From the NCBI GenBank assembly GCA_905479705.1, contig CAJQNP010000079.1, positions 1 to 43,527 of the forward strand: DNA of 43,527 nucleotides, given 5' to 3'. The notes under the pieces are model-generated. The model made no database searches. It was given only the letters and a program-made list of their open reading frames with translations, and had not been told where the DNA came from. The stretch comes from an uncultured Gammaproteobacteria bacterium. Lineage in GTDB: Bacteria; Pseudomonadota; Gammaproteobacteria; UBA9214. Below are positions 7,373 through 16,667 of this stretch, piece after piece; the first letter of the stretch is position 1; the number at the start of each line of letters is the position of its first letter. Made by a program: the position numbers and the translations under genes.

Positions 7373-8884
7373 TCAGGCGGTGTTGTGTAGATCAATTACC
7401 TCGTTTTCGCTTTCCCGGCGTTCGTTCTTGGCAGCGTCGTTGCGTGCCGACTGCAGGTTGTTGAGGTAACTGTTATCAATATCACCGGTAATGTACTCAC
7501 CCGTGAATACCGAGGCATCAAAGCCCGCGATGGATTCGCTGCCCCGCTTGACGGCATCGATCAGGTCATCCAGCTCCTGGAACAGCAGCCAGTCGGCACC
7601 GATCTCCTTGCAGATCTCCTCTTCTGTACGGTCATGCGCAATCAGCTCGCTGCTGGTTGGCATATCGATGCCGTACACGTTTGGATAGCGCACCGGCGGT
7701 GCAGCCGAGGCAAAGTAGACCTTGTTGGCCCCTGCCTCGCGCGCCATGTCGATAATCTGGGATGAGGTGGTACCGCGCACGATGGAGTCGTCCACCAGCA
7801 GCACGTTCTTGCCCTGGAACTCAAGGTCGATCGCATTGAGTTTCTGGCGTACGGATTTCTTGCGCTGCTGCTGGCCGGGCATGATGAAGGTCCGGCCTAT
7901 GTAACGATTCTTGATGAAACCCTCGCGGTACTTGATTCCCAGGGTGTTGGCGAGCTGCAGCGCCGACGTGCGGCTGGTGTCGGGGATCGGGATTACTACA
8001 TCAATGTCGTGATCCGGGCGGATTCTCAATAGCTTCTCTGCCAGCTTGTCACCCATGCGCAGGCGTGCCTTGTAGACAGACACGTCATCAATGATCGAGT
8101 CAGGTCTTGCGAGGTACACGAATTCGAAAAGACACGGCATCATGGCCGGATCGTTTGCGCATTGCCGTGTGTGTATATCACCGTCAAGCGTGATGAATAC
8201 GGCCTCGCCGGGCGCTACATCCCTGATCAGTTCATAGCCGAGCACGTCCAGTGCGACGCTTTCAGACGCCATCATGTAATCCGTACCCGTTTCCGTTTCC
8301 CGCTTGCCATACACCAGTGGACGTATTCCGTACGGATCACGAAAGGCAACCACGCCGTAACCGGTAATCATGGTCACGGCGGCATAGGCACCGCGACAGC
8401 GTCGGTGTACACCGGCAACCGCGGTGAACACATCCTCGATATTCATGGTTACCGTGGCATTTCTCTGCAGTTCGTGGGCAAACACGTTCAGCAGGATCTC
8501 CGAGTCGGAGTTGGTGTTGATCTGGCGCAGGTCTTCCTGAAACAGTTCCTGCTTCAGTTTGTCGGTATTGGTGAGGTTGCCGTTGTGCGCGAGGCTGATG
8601 CCGTAAGGTGAGTTGACATAGAACGGCTGCGCTTCCGCAGAACTTTCGCAGCCGGCGGTCGGATAGCGCACATGCCCTATTCCCATGTTGCCGTGCAAGC
8701 GCATCATGTGGCGTGTGTGGAACACGTCGCGCACCAGGCCATTGTTCTTGCGCAGGTGCAGGCGTTCGCCTTCGCAGGTAATGATGCCTGCTGCGTCCTG
8801 CCCGCGGTGTTGCAGTACAGTCAGTCCGTCGTAGATAGCCTGATTGACTGGACTGTGGGCAACCATGCCGATGATGCCGCACAT
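7373..8884 (-). CDS. purF: Amidophosphoribosyltransferase
   Basis: The start is trimmed to [10 protein letters not shown] (Ntn catalytic Cys2) at 8884, with GAGGA upstream. The PRPP-binding motif is [13 protein letters not shown]. Confidence 0.95.
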   Translation of the reverse strand: MCGIIGMVAHSPVNQAIYDGLTVLQHRGQDAAGIITCEGERLHLRKNNGLVRDVFHTRHMMRLHGNMGIGHVRYPTAGCESSAEAQPFYVNSPYGISLAHNGNLTNTDKLKQELFQEDLRQINTNSDSEILLNVFAHELQRNATVTMNIEDVFTAVAGVHRRCRGAYAAVTMITGYGVVAFRDPYGIRPLVYGKRETETGTDYMMASESVALDVLGYELIRDVAPGEAVFITLDGDIHTRQCANDPAMMPCLFEFVYLARPDSIIDDVSVYKARLRMGDKLAEKLLRIRPDHDIDVVIPIPDTSRTSALQLANTLGIKYREGFIKNRYIGRTFIMPGQQQRKKSVRQKLNAIDLEFQGKNVLLVDDSIVRGTTSSQIIDMAREAGANKVYFASAAPPVRYPNVYGIDMPTSSELIAHDRTEEEICKEIGADWLLFQELDDLIDAVKRGSESIAGFDASVFTGEYITGDIDNSYLNNLQSARNDAAKNERRESENEVIDLHNTA

Positions 8885-8919
8885 ATGTATTCCTCGAAAG
8901 CTGTAGGCAGGAGAGTTAA

Positions 8920-9417
8920 CTAGGCATAGGTGATGTTGTCTGCAATGTCGGTCGGCAGATAGTTGCGCATCCACATCGCGAATTCTTCAAAATAGCCGAG
9001 GAATTGCGAGTCCTGCCACCACGGATCCTGCGGCAGTGGTGTCAGGCCGGCCAGCAAGACAAGTATAGCCACGATTACGCCGCCGCGGGCGACACCGAAC
9101 ACGATACCCAGCATTTTGTCGGTACCGGTCAGACCGGTCTTGTCGACGAGCTTGCCGGCAAGGTAGTTAACTATGGCGCCGAGTAACAGGACACAGACAA
9201 ACAGAACGGCAAAGGCAGTGATCTTTTGCGCGGATGGTGTGGATATCCATTGTGAAAGGATCGCGGCCAGGTCTTCGTAAAAGGCCATTGAAACCATGAG
9301 TGCCACCAGCCAGGTCGCCAGGGCGACTGCCTCGCGGACAAAGCCGCGGAATAAACTCAGGATCGCCGACAGGGCAATCAAGGCGAGTATCACAACATCT
9401 ATCCAGGCAAATGCCAT
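8920..9417 (-). CDS. cvpA: Colicin V production protein CvpA (small polytopic membrane protein)
   Basis: It is a 165-aa hydrophobic protein with 4 predicted TM segments. It occupies the conserved slot between dedD and purF. Confidence 0.8.
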   Translation of the reverse strand: MAFAWIDVVILALIALSAILSLFRGFVREAVALATWLVALMVSMAFYEDLAAILSQWISTPSAQKITAFAVLFVCVLLLGAIVNYLAGKLVDKTGLTGTDKMLGIVFGVARGGVIVAILVLLAGLTPLPQDPWWQDSQFLGYFEEFAMWMRNYLPTDIADNITYA

Positions 9418-9536
9418 AACTACCTCTCGGTCGTGGACCGGATTACCCCGGTCGGTGGGAATTATTAGTCTGACTTGCCAGGCATTTTAGCAGAACCGTG
9501 GCAAAATCGGCTATGACGAATACAGTCACCTGGCTC

Positions 9537-10187
9537 TCAGGGAAATTCTATGACCATGCCGGCGAGTTGCTGTTTCTCCTTGAGATTCGCAGCGTTCTTT
9601 TCGGCGGCAGCGCGTGATGATGTGGGACCAACCAGTACCCGGTAGGCGTACCCTTTACCGATTGCGGCCTTCTGCAGGCGGGCGTCATAGCCCGCGGCCT
9701 TGAGGCGGTCCCGCAGGCCGCTGGCGTTCATTTCCTGGCCGAAGCTGCCTACCTGCACATACCAGCCCTTGAAGGTGGTCTCTGCCTGCTTCTTTGGCTT
9801 CGGTGCCGGCGCCGGGGCCTTGTTTGCCGGTTCTGCAGGCTTGCTGGCCACGGGTTCAGGCTTTTTGGGTGGCTCGGCTTTAACAATCTGCTCGGGGGGG
9901 GAAGCCTCGGGCATGGTTGCCGGGGCAGGTGCTTCAGCTGCAGTTTCCGGCAGGCCGAGCGCCTCGGTAATCGCGCCCTGCGGCGCCGTGTCGACCGCTG
10001 CTGGCGGTTGCTCGGGGATGTCCAGCTCCATGCTGGCCCGGTAATCCAGTTGTGGCTGTTCCGGAATGCTGTGACTGCGTGGTGTCCACTCGTTGTCCGG
10101 GCCTTCCAGGATGATGGGTACAAAGATCACTGCAAGAGCCACCAGGACGATGGCACCCGTCAGCCTCTGTTTCGTTTTCTTGTCCAT
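9537..10187 (-). CDS. dedD: SPOR-domain cell-division protein (DedD-like)
   Basis: It has an N-terminal membrane anchor (LTGAIVLVALAVIFVPIIL) and a Pro/Ala-rich linker. The C-terminal SPOR-like block is WYVQVGSFGQEMNASGLRDRLKAAGYDARL...YRVLVGP. It sits in the folC-dedD-cvpA-purF context. Confidence 0.8.
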   Translation of the reverse strand: MDKKTKQRLTGAIVLVALAVIFVPIILEGPDNEWTPRSHSIPEQPQLDYRASMELDIPEQPPAAVDTAPQGAITEALGLPETAAEAPAPATMPEASPPEQIVKAEPPKKPEPVASKPAEPANKAPAPAPKPKKQAETTFKGWYVQVGSFGQEMNASGLRDRLKAAGYDARLQKAAIGKGYAYRVLVGPTSSRAAAEKNAANLKEKQQLAGMVIEFP

Positions 10188-10242
10188 GATATCTCCGAAA
10201 AATCAGGCGTCGATGTCACGCCATGGCCGCAGCATCGCGTGA

Positions 10243-11508
10243 CTATACATGACTAGCCAGTGCCTCCGCTACGCTGATAAACGACCCACAGACGACAATC
10301 CGGTCACCGCTGACAGCCTCTGCCCTGGCCTGCCCAAGTGCGTCTTCGATGGAGTCGAATTGTCGCGCGCCCTTGCCGGAATCCTGACTGTCGAGTACAG
10401 CGGCCAGCGTCCGGGCAGAAAGCCCGCGCTCCCCTCCAGGCGTGGCGAGGTACCAGTCATCTGTCACCGCAGCCAGCGTGGCTGTAAACGCCGCGATGTC
10501 CTTGTCCGACAGCATGCCCAGCACAACGCGGGTGCGACCCGGAATATCACGGGACTCGAGGAACGTGACCAGTGTTGCGGCACTGGCCGGGTTGTGTGCG
10601 ACATCAAGGATGGTCTCCACAGGACCGGGCAGGACCTGGCAGCGCCCCGCTAGTGATGTCGCGAGAAGCCCCCGTGTGATGGCTTGCCGTGTGACCGGGT
10701 AGCGGCGGGCCAGCGTCTCGAGGACCATCAGCACACCGGCGGCATTCTGCAGCTGGTGTGCCCCCGGTAGTGCGGGCAATGGCAGGTGCTCATGTGTCGC
10801 GTGTTTCGAGGCCCATGACCAGTCACTGCCGGTTTGGGTCCACGTGAAACCATCGTTCGGTGCATACCAGTGGGCATCCAGTTGCATGGCAACAGCTCTG
10901 ACACTGGCTGGCGGCGCGCTGTCAGAACAGACAGCCGGGCGCCGGCTGCGAAAGATGCCGGCCTTTTCCCGGCCGATGGTCTCGCGGTCATCACCCAGCC
11001 ACGCGCGGTGATCAATGTCGATGGCGGTGACCAGTGCGGCATCTGCATCAATGACGTTGACGGCATCAAGGCGCCCGCCCAGGCCGACTTCAAGAATGCA
11101 GATATCCAGTGATGACCGCGCAAACAGGTAGAGTGCGGCAAGGGTGCCGAATTCAAAATACGAGAGACTAATAGTGCCACGCGCCTGGTCAACCGCCGCG
11201 AAGGCGGCACACAGGCTGTCGTCATCGATGTTTTCGCCGGCGATGCGGATACGCTCGTTGTAATGCAGCAGGTGTGGAGAGCTGTAACAGCCGGTCCGGT
11301 AGCCGGCGGCAAGCAGGATGGCCTCAAGCATGGCGGCGCTGGAACCCTTGCCGTTGGTCCCCGCGACGCTAATCACGCCGCAGACAGGCTTTAGCAATGC
11401 AAGCCGATGCGCAACCTGTGTAACGCGTTCCAGGCCAAGGTCAATCTGCTTTGGATGCAGGGTCTCCTGCCAGTTAAGCCAGTCGCCCAGGTTTGTGAAA
11501 CGGGACAT
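10243..11508 (-). CDS. folC: Dihydrofolate synthase / folylpolyglutamate synthase
   Basis: The Mur-ligase P-loop is VAGTNGKGSS. Other features are HLLHYNERIRI and the C-terminal domain. It sits in the accD-folC context. Confidence 0.92.
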   Translation of the reverse strand: MSRFTNLGDWLNWQETLHPKQIDLGLERVTQVAHRLALLKPVCGVISVAGTNGKGSSAAMLEAILLAAGYRTGCYSSPHLLHYNERIRIAGENIDDDSLCAAFAAVDQARGTISLSYFEFGTLAALYLFARSSLDICILEVGLGGRLDAVNVIDADAALVTAIDIDHRAWLGDDRETIGREKAGIFRSRRPAVCSDSAPPASVRAVAMQLDAHWYAPNDGFTWTQTGSDWSWASKHATHEHLPLPALPGAHQLQNAAGVLMVLETLARRYPVTRQAITRGLLATSLAGRCQVLPGPVETILDVAHNPASAATLVTFLESRDIPGRTRVVLGMLSDKDIAAFTATLAAVTDDWYLATPGGERGLSARTLAAVLDSQDSGKGARQFDSIEDALGQARAEAVSGDRIVVCGSFISVAEALASHV

Positions 11509-11589
11509 CGTCTGTCGCAGGTGAAACAGGGATCAGGGAATCGGGTGTTTCCGGGTCCGGCGAGCGAGGCTATTCGCAAAGGCTGACGC

Positions 11590-12456
11590 TCAGGTACCCG
11601 TGAGTTGCTGATTCATGAGGATGGCGATGAGATTGGCTATTCGGTCACTCATCTCGCGGCGGTCCACGATTATGTCAATCGCACCGTGTTCAAGCAGAAA
11701 CTCGCTGCGCTGAAAGCCCTCCGGCAGGGTTTCCCGGACGGTCTGCTCGATGACTCGCGGGCCGGCAAAACCAATCAGGGCGCGTGGCTCGGCAATGTTG
11801 ATATCGCCCAGCATCGCGAAGCTGGCGGACACGCCACCCATGGTCGGATCGGTGAGCACGGAGATAAAGGGAATGCCCGCCTCGGAGAGCCTGGCCAGCG
11901 CCGCGCTGGTCTTGGCCATCTGCATCAGGGAAAACAGGGCCTCCTGCATGCGTGCGCCGCCACTTGCAGAAAAACACACCAGCGGGCAACCCTTCTCGAG
12001 ACACAGCCCGGCGGCGCGTACAAAACGTTCGCCAACCACGGCGCCCATGGAGCCACCCATGAATTTGAATTCAAAGGCAACGGCGACTACCGGCAGTCCA
12101 CGCAATGTGCCCTGCATGGATATGAGGGCGTCTTTTTCGTTGGTAACCTTTTGCGCGGTGGTGAGGCGATCGCGGTATTTCTTGCTGTCCTTGAACTTGA
12201 GCACGTCGACCGGTTCGAGTCCGGCGTCGATTTCCTGTGCCGAACCGTCATCCAGAAACATCTCGAGACGCAGTCGTGCCGGGATGCGCATGTGGTGGCT
12301 GCACTTCGGGCAGACATCGAAATTGCGCTCCAGCTCCGAGCGATACAGCACGGCGCTGCAGCCGTCGCACTTGATCCACAGGCCTTCAGGAACGGTGCGC
12401 TTGGTGCCGCCGACGGTGCGAATCTTTGAAGGGACAAGTTTACTGAACCAGCTCAT
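11590..12456 (-). CDS. accD: Acetyl-CoA carboxylase carboxyltransferase subunit beta
   Basis: The N-terminal zinc ribbon is CDGCSAVLY...CPKCSHH. The carboxyltransferase core contains FMGGSMG. Confidence 0.95.
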   Translation of the reverse strand: MSWFSKLVPSKIRTVGGTKRTVPEGLWIKCDGCSAVLYRSELERNFDVCPKCSHHMRIPARLRLEMFLDDGSAQEIDAGLEPVDVLKFKDSKKYRDRLTTAQKVTNEKDALISMQGTLRGLPVVAVAFEFKFMGGSMGAVVGERFVRAAGLCLEKGCPLVCFSASGGARMQEALFSLMQMAKTSAALARLSEAGIPFISVLTDPTMGGVSASFAMLGDINIAEPRALIGFAGPRVIEQTVRETLPEGFQRSEFLLEHGAIDIIVDRREMSDRIANLIAILMNQQLTGT

Positions 12457-12508
12457 GCGGGAGATTGTACCTGTTCAGGAGATAATAACAAAATCAGCAG
12501 CTTGCGAC

Positions 12509-13318
12509 TCACGCCGGGCTGTCCACACCACTGCGCAACTCGGCGACGGTGGCGGCCAGCGTTGCCGGAATGCTGTCAGGCTGATCGACCAGGTCGGCAA
12601 TCTGCTTCACCAGCACACTGCCGACGACCACGGCATCTGCCACAGCGGCCACCTGCCCGGCTGTTTCGGCATCGCGAATCCCGAAGCCCACGCCCACCGG
12701 CAGGTCGGTATGCTTGCGCAGGTCGGCCAGCTTGTCAGCGACAGCCGTGACATCAAGGCGGTTTGCGCCGGTTACGCCCTTGAACGAGACATAGTAGATG
12801 AAGCCACTGGCCAACTGGCTGACCTTGTCCATGCGGTTGCCATCACTGGTCGGTGACAGCAGGAAGATGGTGTCGATGGCGGCATCTCGCATGGCGGCGG
12901 TGAACTCGCCGGCCTCTTCCGGTGGCAGGTCAACGGTCAGTACACCGTCGATACCGGCGGCGGCTGCTGCCTGTGAAAAGTCGCTGTAGCCCCACACCTC
13001 GATAGGGTTGAGGTAGCCCATCAATATGACCGGTGTATCGGTGTCGGTCTGCCTGAATTCACGCACCATATCGAGCACATTGTGCAACGTGACGTGATGT
13101 TCCAGCGCACGCTCGCAGGCCGCCTGAATGACCGGCCCGTCGGCCATGGGGTCTGAAAACGGTACACCGAGTTCGATCAGGTCGGCACCGGCTGCCACCA
13201 TGGCATGCATCAGCGGTACCGTGGTACCGGGCTGCGGGTCTCCTGCCGTGATATACGGGATCAGTGCCTTTCTGTTCGCGGACTTGAGGTCCGCAAAACG
13301 CTGCTTGATACGGCTCAT
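12509..13318 (-). CDS. trpA: Tryptophan synthase alpha chain
   Basis: Motifs are [27 protein letters not shown] and [10 protein letters not shown]. It overlaps trpB by 4 nt. Confidence 0.95.
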   Translation of the reverse strand: MSRIKQRFADLKSANRKALIPYITAGDPQPGTTVPLMHAMVAAGADLIELGVPFSDPMADGPVIQAACERALEHHVTLHNVLDMVREFRQTDTDTPVILMGYLNPIEVWGYSDFSQAAAAAGIDGVLTVDLPPEEAGEFTAAMRDAAIDTIFLLSPTSDGNRMDKVSQLASGFIYYVSFKGVTGANRLDVTAVADKLADLRKHTDLPVGVGFGIRDAETAGQVAAVADAVVVGSVLVKQIADLVDQPDSIPATLAATVAELRSGVDSPA

Positions 13319-14538
13319 ATCTTGATCCCATCCAGGTCGGCAATGGTGTGTATGTCCTTGTCGCCGCGTCCCGAGAGATTGACGACGATAATCTTGTCCT
13401 TGCCCAGGGTCGCCGCCAGCTTGCCGGCATAGGCCAGCGCATGACTGGACTCAAGAGCCGGGATGATGCCCTCGGTGCGCGTGAGGCCGTGAAAGGCATC
13501 GAGCGCCTCCGTGTCGGTGATTGCGACATAGCTGGCGCGTCCCGTGTCTTTCAACCAGGCATGTTCAGGGCCCACCCCGGGATAATCGAGACCGGCCGAG
13601 ATGGAATGCGTTTCAGAGATCTGTCCATCACTGTCTTCCATGAGGTAGGTGCGGTTCCCGTGCAACACACCGGAACTGCCTGCACACAGCGGTGCTGCAT
13701 GCCGTCCGGTCTCGACGCCATCGCCGCCGCCCTCGACCCCGTAGAACGCAACAGACGGATCATCAATAAAGGGATGAAACAACCCGATGGCATTGGAACC
13801 ACCGCCAACACAGGCGACCAGTGCATCAGGCAGGCGCCCTTCCGCCTGCATAATCTGCTGGCGGGTCTCCCTGCCGATGACTGTCTGGAAGTCCCTGACC
13901 ATGACCGGATAGGGGTGCGGCCCGGCGACGGTACCGATGATATAAAAGGTGTTGTCGACGTTGGTTACCCAGTCGCGCAGGGCCTCGTTGAGGGCGTCCT
14001 TGAGTGTTTTTGAACCGGATTTGACTGAAACGACCTCGGCGCCCAGCATGCGCATGCGGTAGACATTGATCGCCTGGCGCTTGATATCCTCGGCGCCCAT
14101 GTAGACGACGCACTCCATCCCGAGGCGTGCGGCGACTGTTGCCGAGGCGACGCCGTGCTGTCCGGCTCCGGTCTCGGCAATAATGCGTGTCTTGCCCATG
14201 CGCTTGGCCAGTAATGCCTGACCCACGGTGTTGTTGATCTTGTGCGCACCGGTGTGATTCAGGTCTTCGCGCTTCAGGTAGATGCGCGCACCACCGACCT
14301 GCTCTGACCAGCGTGCTGCCAGGTACAGGGGCGAGGGTCTGCCGACGAACTGCGCCAGATCCTCGTCTAATTCCGCGAGGAACTCGGGATCCTTCATGTA
14401 TTTCCGGTAGGCCTGGTTGAGCTCGTCCAGCGGGAGCATCAGCGTCTCAGCTACAAAGCGCCCGCCGTACGGGCCAAAATGTCCACGCTCGTCAGGATAG
14501 TTTTCCTGGCTAGCGCTCTCTGCTGTCGCTTGTGTCAC
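13315..14538 (-). CDS. trpB: Tryptophan synthase beta chain
   Basis: Motifs are FGPYGGRFV, the PLP lysine in [11 protein letters not shown], and GGGSNAIG. Confidence 0.95.
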   Translation of the reverse strand: MTQATAESASQENYPDERGHFGPYGGRFVAETLMLPLDELNQAYRKYMKDPEFLAELDEDLAQFVGRPSPLYLAARWSEQVGGARIYLKREDLNHTGAHKINNTVGQALLAKRMGKTRIIAETGAGQHGVASATVAARLGMECVVYMGAEDIKRQAINVYRMRMLGAEVVSVKSGSKTLKDALNEALRDWVTNVDNTFYIIGTVAGPHPYPVMVRDFQTVIGRETRQQIMQAEGRLPDALVACVGGGSNAIGLFHPFIDDPSVAFYGVEGGGDGVETGRHAAPLCAGSSGVLHGNRTYLMEDSDGQISETHSISAGLDYPGVGPEHAWLKDTGRASYVAITDTEALDAFHGLTRTEGIIPALESSHALAYAGKLAATLGKDKIIVVNLSGRGDKDIHTIADLDGIKI

Positions 14539-15154
14539 TGCGCCTCACTCCTTCAATAAATGCCGCGATCTTCCCGGCCGACTTGATGCCCTTCTCCGAC
14601 TCGACGCCACTGCTGACATCCACCGCATAGGGGCGGGTTGCTGTCACTGCATCAGCCACATTGGCAGGCGACAAACCGCCTGCAAGTATCAGTGGCGCCG
14701 GAGAATTCTCCGGTACGGACTGCCAGTCAAAGGTTTCACCGCCACCGCCGTGGCTGGCTGGCTGCCACGTGTCCAGCAAAAAGCCGGCAGCATCAGGATA
14801 GGACTCCATCTGTGACAATACATCAATCCCGTCTTGCATCGCGATTGATTTAATAAATGGCAGCCCAAAAGAATTACATGAATCATTGTCTTCGTTGCCG
14901 TGAAACTGCAACAAACCCAGCGGTACCCGCTGCAGTACCGCGTTGACTGCGCGGCTGTCCGCGTTGACAAACAGGCCTACCACACTGACAAATGGAGAGA
15001 CGGCCGCTGCGATGGCCCTTGCCTGCTCAGGGTCCACAAAGCGCGGGCTGTTCTCGTAGAACACCAGTCCGAGCGCATCGGCACCGTGGTGCACCACGGC
15101 CCCGGCATCGGCGACGCGGGTAATGCCACAAATCTTCACTCGGGTGCGCATCAT
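14510..15154 (-). CDS. trpF: N-(5'-phosphoribosyl)anthranilate isomerase
   Basis: The RVKICGIT N-terminus, the protein length, and the position upstream of trpBA support the call. The 3' end overlaps the annotated trpB start by 29 nt. Confidence 0.9.
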   Translation of the reverse strand: MMRTRVKICGITRVADAGAVVHHGADALGLVFYENSPRFVDPEQARAIAAAVSPFVSVVGLFVNADSRAVNAVLQRVPLGLLQFHGNEDNDSCNSFGLPFIKSIAMQDGIDVLSQMESYPDAAGFLLDTWQPASHGGGGETFDWQSVPENSPAPLILAGGLSPANVADAVTATRPYAVDVSSGVESEKGIKSAGKIAAFIEGVRRSDTSDSRER

Positions 15155-15185
15155 TGAATCAGGGCGGTTGTCATGTCATCTGTCA

Positions 15186-15965
15186 TCAGCTGAATACCGG
15201 CAAACGGCCTGCAGATGGTACCTTAAATTTCCCGGGGTAGCTGACATTGACCAGGTACAGGCCAGCGGGTGGTGCGTTATAACCACTGACCTTGCGATCT
15301 CTTGTCCTCAGTACCTCGTCGACCCAGCCGACCGGCCGGTCACCGCAGCCGACCTTGATGAGCACCCCGGCAATGCAGCGGACCATGTGGTGCAGGAAGG
15401 CATTGGCGATGACATCAATATAGATAAATTGCCCGCGGCGCTGCACGTCCAGGCTATGAATCGTCCTGACCGGGCTGTGCGCCTGGCAGGCCGCGGCCCG
15501 GAAAGAGGTGAAGTCGTGTTCACCCAGCAGCGCCTGGGCGCCCTGTGCCATACGTGCCACATCCAGCACCCTGCTCTGCCAGCAGACCTGGTCCCGAAGC
15601 AGTGCGGGTCTCGCCGCCTGTGTATAGATGACATAGCGGTAGTGTCGTCGCGTGGCGCTGAAACGGGCGTGAAAATCCTCGCTCACGGCCGTTATCCACT
15701 GAACACCTATATCATCCGGCAGGTTGGCGTTGCTGCCCCGCAGCCAGTTGTACTCGGGCCGGTCGGCCCCGGTATCAAAGTGCACCACCTGACCGCTTGC
15801 ATGTACGCCGCTATCCGTGCGCCCCGCACACACCACGTGGACTGCTTCATCGGCCACGCTGGAGAGTGCCTGCTCGACACTGGCCTGCACGGTTCGTCCC
15901 TCGGACTGGCGCTGCCAGCCGACATAGCCGGAACCGTCGTATTCAACACCCAGAGCAAATCGCAT
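15186..15965 (-). CDS. truA: tRNA pseudouridine(38-40) synthase
   Basis: Motifs are MRFALGVEYDGSGYVGWQRQ and the catalytic-Asp motif GRTDSGVHA. Confidence 0.95.
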   Translation of the reverse strand: MRFALGVEYDGSGYVGWQRQSEGRTVQASVEQALSSVADEAVHVVCAGRTDSGVHASGQVVHFDTGADRPEYNWLRGSNANLPDDIGVQWITAVSEDFHARFSATRRHYRYVIYTQAARPALLRDQVCWQSRVLDVARMAQGAQALLGEHDFTSFRAAACQAHSPVRTIHSLDVQRRGQFIYIDVIANAFLHHMVRCIAGVLIKVGCGDRPVGWVDEVLRTRDRKVSGYNAPPAGLYLVNVSYPGKFKVPSAGRLPVFS

Positions 15966-15983
15966 AACCCGGTCCGCTGATCG

Positions 15984-16667
15984 TTACGCGCTTGCAGTCA
16001 TCAGGATGGCGCCGCCCATGGCGAGTGGTATGAACCATTGCCAGGCCGGCGGCCGGGTGGGTTGTGAAATCTCGATAACCCCTGTGTGTGCCTGTGCGGC
16101 ATCGTCGAGCACGTGTTTATAGAGTCGCTGTGAAGTGTTCGACAGCCTGGCGAGTGAACCGCTGGACGCAGGCTGGCTGCCCAGTACCTTGGCAGTGAGT
16201 GTCTGCACGCGTGGGACGGTCTCGATGACCAGCAGCATGCGCACCGCGAGCCGTTCGCGTACCGCCATTGTGGTAAAGGGCCTGATCAGCTGCATGATGG
16301 CCGGCAGCAATTGCCTCCGGGGTGTGCTCTGCAGCAGTAAATGCACGGCAGTCACGATTGTCAGCAGCACCAGAACCCGGATTGTACCGTGATACAAGCC
16401 TGCGTAGGTGGGTGACCAGGGCCCTGCAGCCGGCCAGACGGCGGTGCCGGGTGTCCACCAGCCATAAACCAGCAGAATGGCGAAGAACAACCAGCGCAGA
16501 CGCTTGATCATGAGCAGCAGGGTTGCCGGCGCGGGGCTGCCGGCCAGTAAGAAGAGGATCAGGAGCAGCGCAAGGCCAGCTGATAACAGCAGTGGCTGCG
16601 CCAGTGCCATGCCGGCCGTGAAAACCAGCAGCATGACAAGGCGTATCAGCGGGTGAACATCAGGCAA
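15984..16667 (-). CDS. Polytopic inner-membrane protein, possibly EcfT/CbiQ-like (orphan)
   Basis: It is 227 aa with about 5 hydrophobic segments. The central amphipathic Arg-rich stretch LLPAIMQLIRPFTTMAVRERLAVRMLLVIETVPRV is reminiscent of ECF T-component coupling helices. The start is TTG at 16667, overlapping the fimV stop by 8 nt, or alternatively Met12 at 16634. The family assignment is unverified. Confidence 0.6.
   Translation of the reverse strand: MPDVHPLIRLVMLLVFTAGMALAQPLLLSAGLALLLILFLLAGSPAPATLLLMIKRLRWLFFAILLVYGWWTPGTAVWPAAGPWSPTYAGLYHGTIRVLVLLTIVTAVHLLLQSTPRRQLLPAIMQLIRPFTTMAVRERLAVRMLLVIETVPRVQTLTAKVLGSQPASSGSLARLSNTSQRLYKHVLDDAAQAHTGVIEISQPTRPPAWQWFIPLAMGGAILMTASA

Noticed and set aside
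7343-7377. An inverted repeat, CCTGACAC-N19-GTGTCAGG, overlaps the purF stop codon and was considered as a purF terminator.
   Set aside because: The stem is 8 bp with a 19-nt loop and no following U tract on the minus-strand RNA. It also contains the -35 box of the proposed metZ promoter. The evidence is too weak to call a terminator.
9894-9901. A G8 homopolymer (C8 on the coding strand) in dedD was considered as a slipped-strand phase-variation tract.
   Set aside because: It encodes Ser-Pro-Pro inside the Pro/Ala-rich linker, where such runs arise from codon composition. Eight nt is at or below the length usually associated with phase variation. dedD is a core division gene, so it is unlikely to be a contingency locus.
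11750-12856. A 368-aa plus-strand ORF crosses the accD, spacer and trpA region.
   Set aside because: It is antisense to accD and trpA and runs straight through their intergenic spacer. Its composition is Ser/Arg/Pro-rich and low-complexity. It is a typical GC-rich shadow ORF.
14510-14538. The 29-nt overlap between the trpF 3' end and the trpB start was considered as a sign of a frameshift or a mis-called start.
   Set aside because: Both frames are intact, and the family-typical ends are present (trpB ...FGPYGGRFV follows about 20 residues after the Met). Overlaps of this size occur in compact operons. There is no evidence of a pseudogene.
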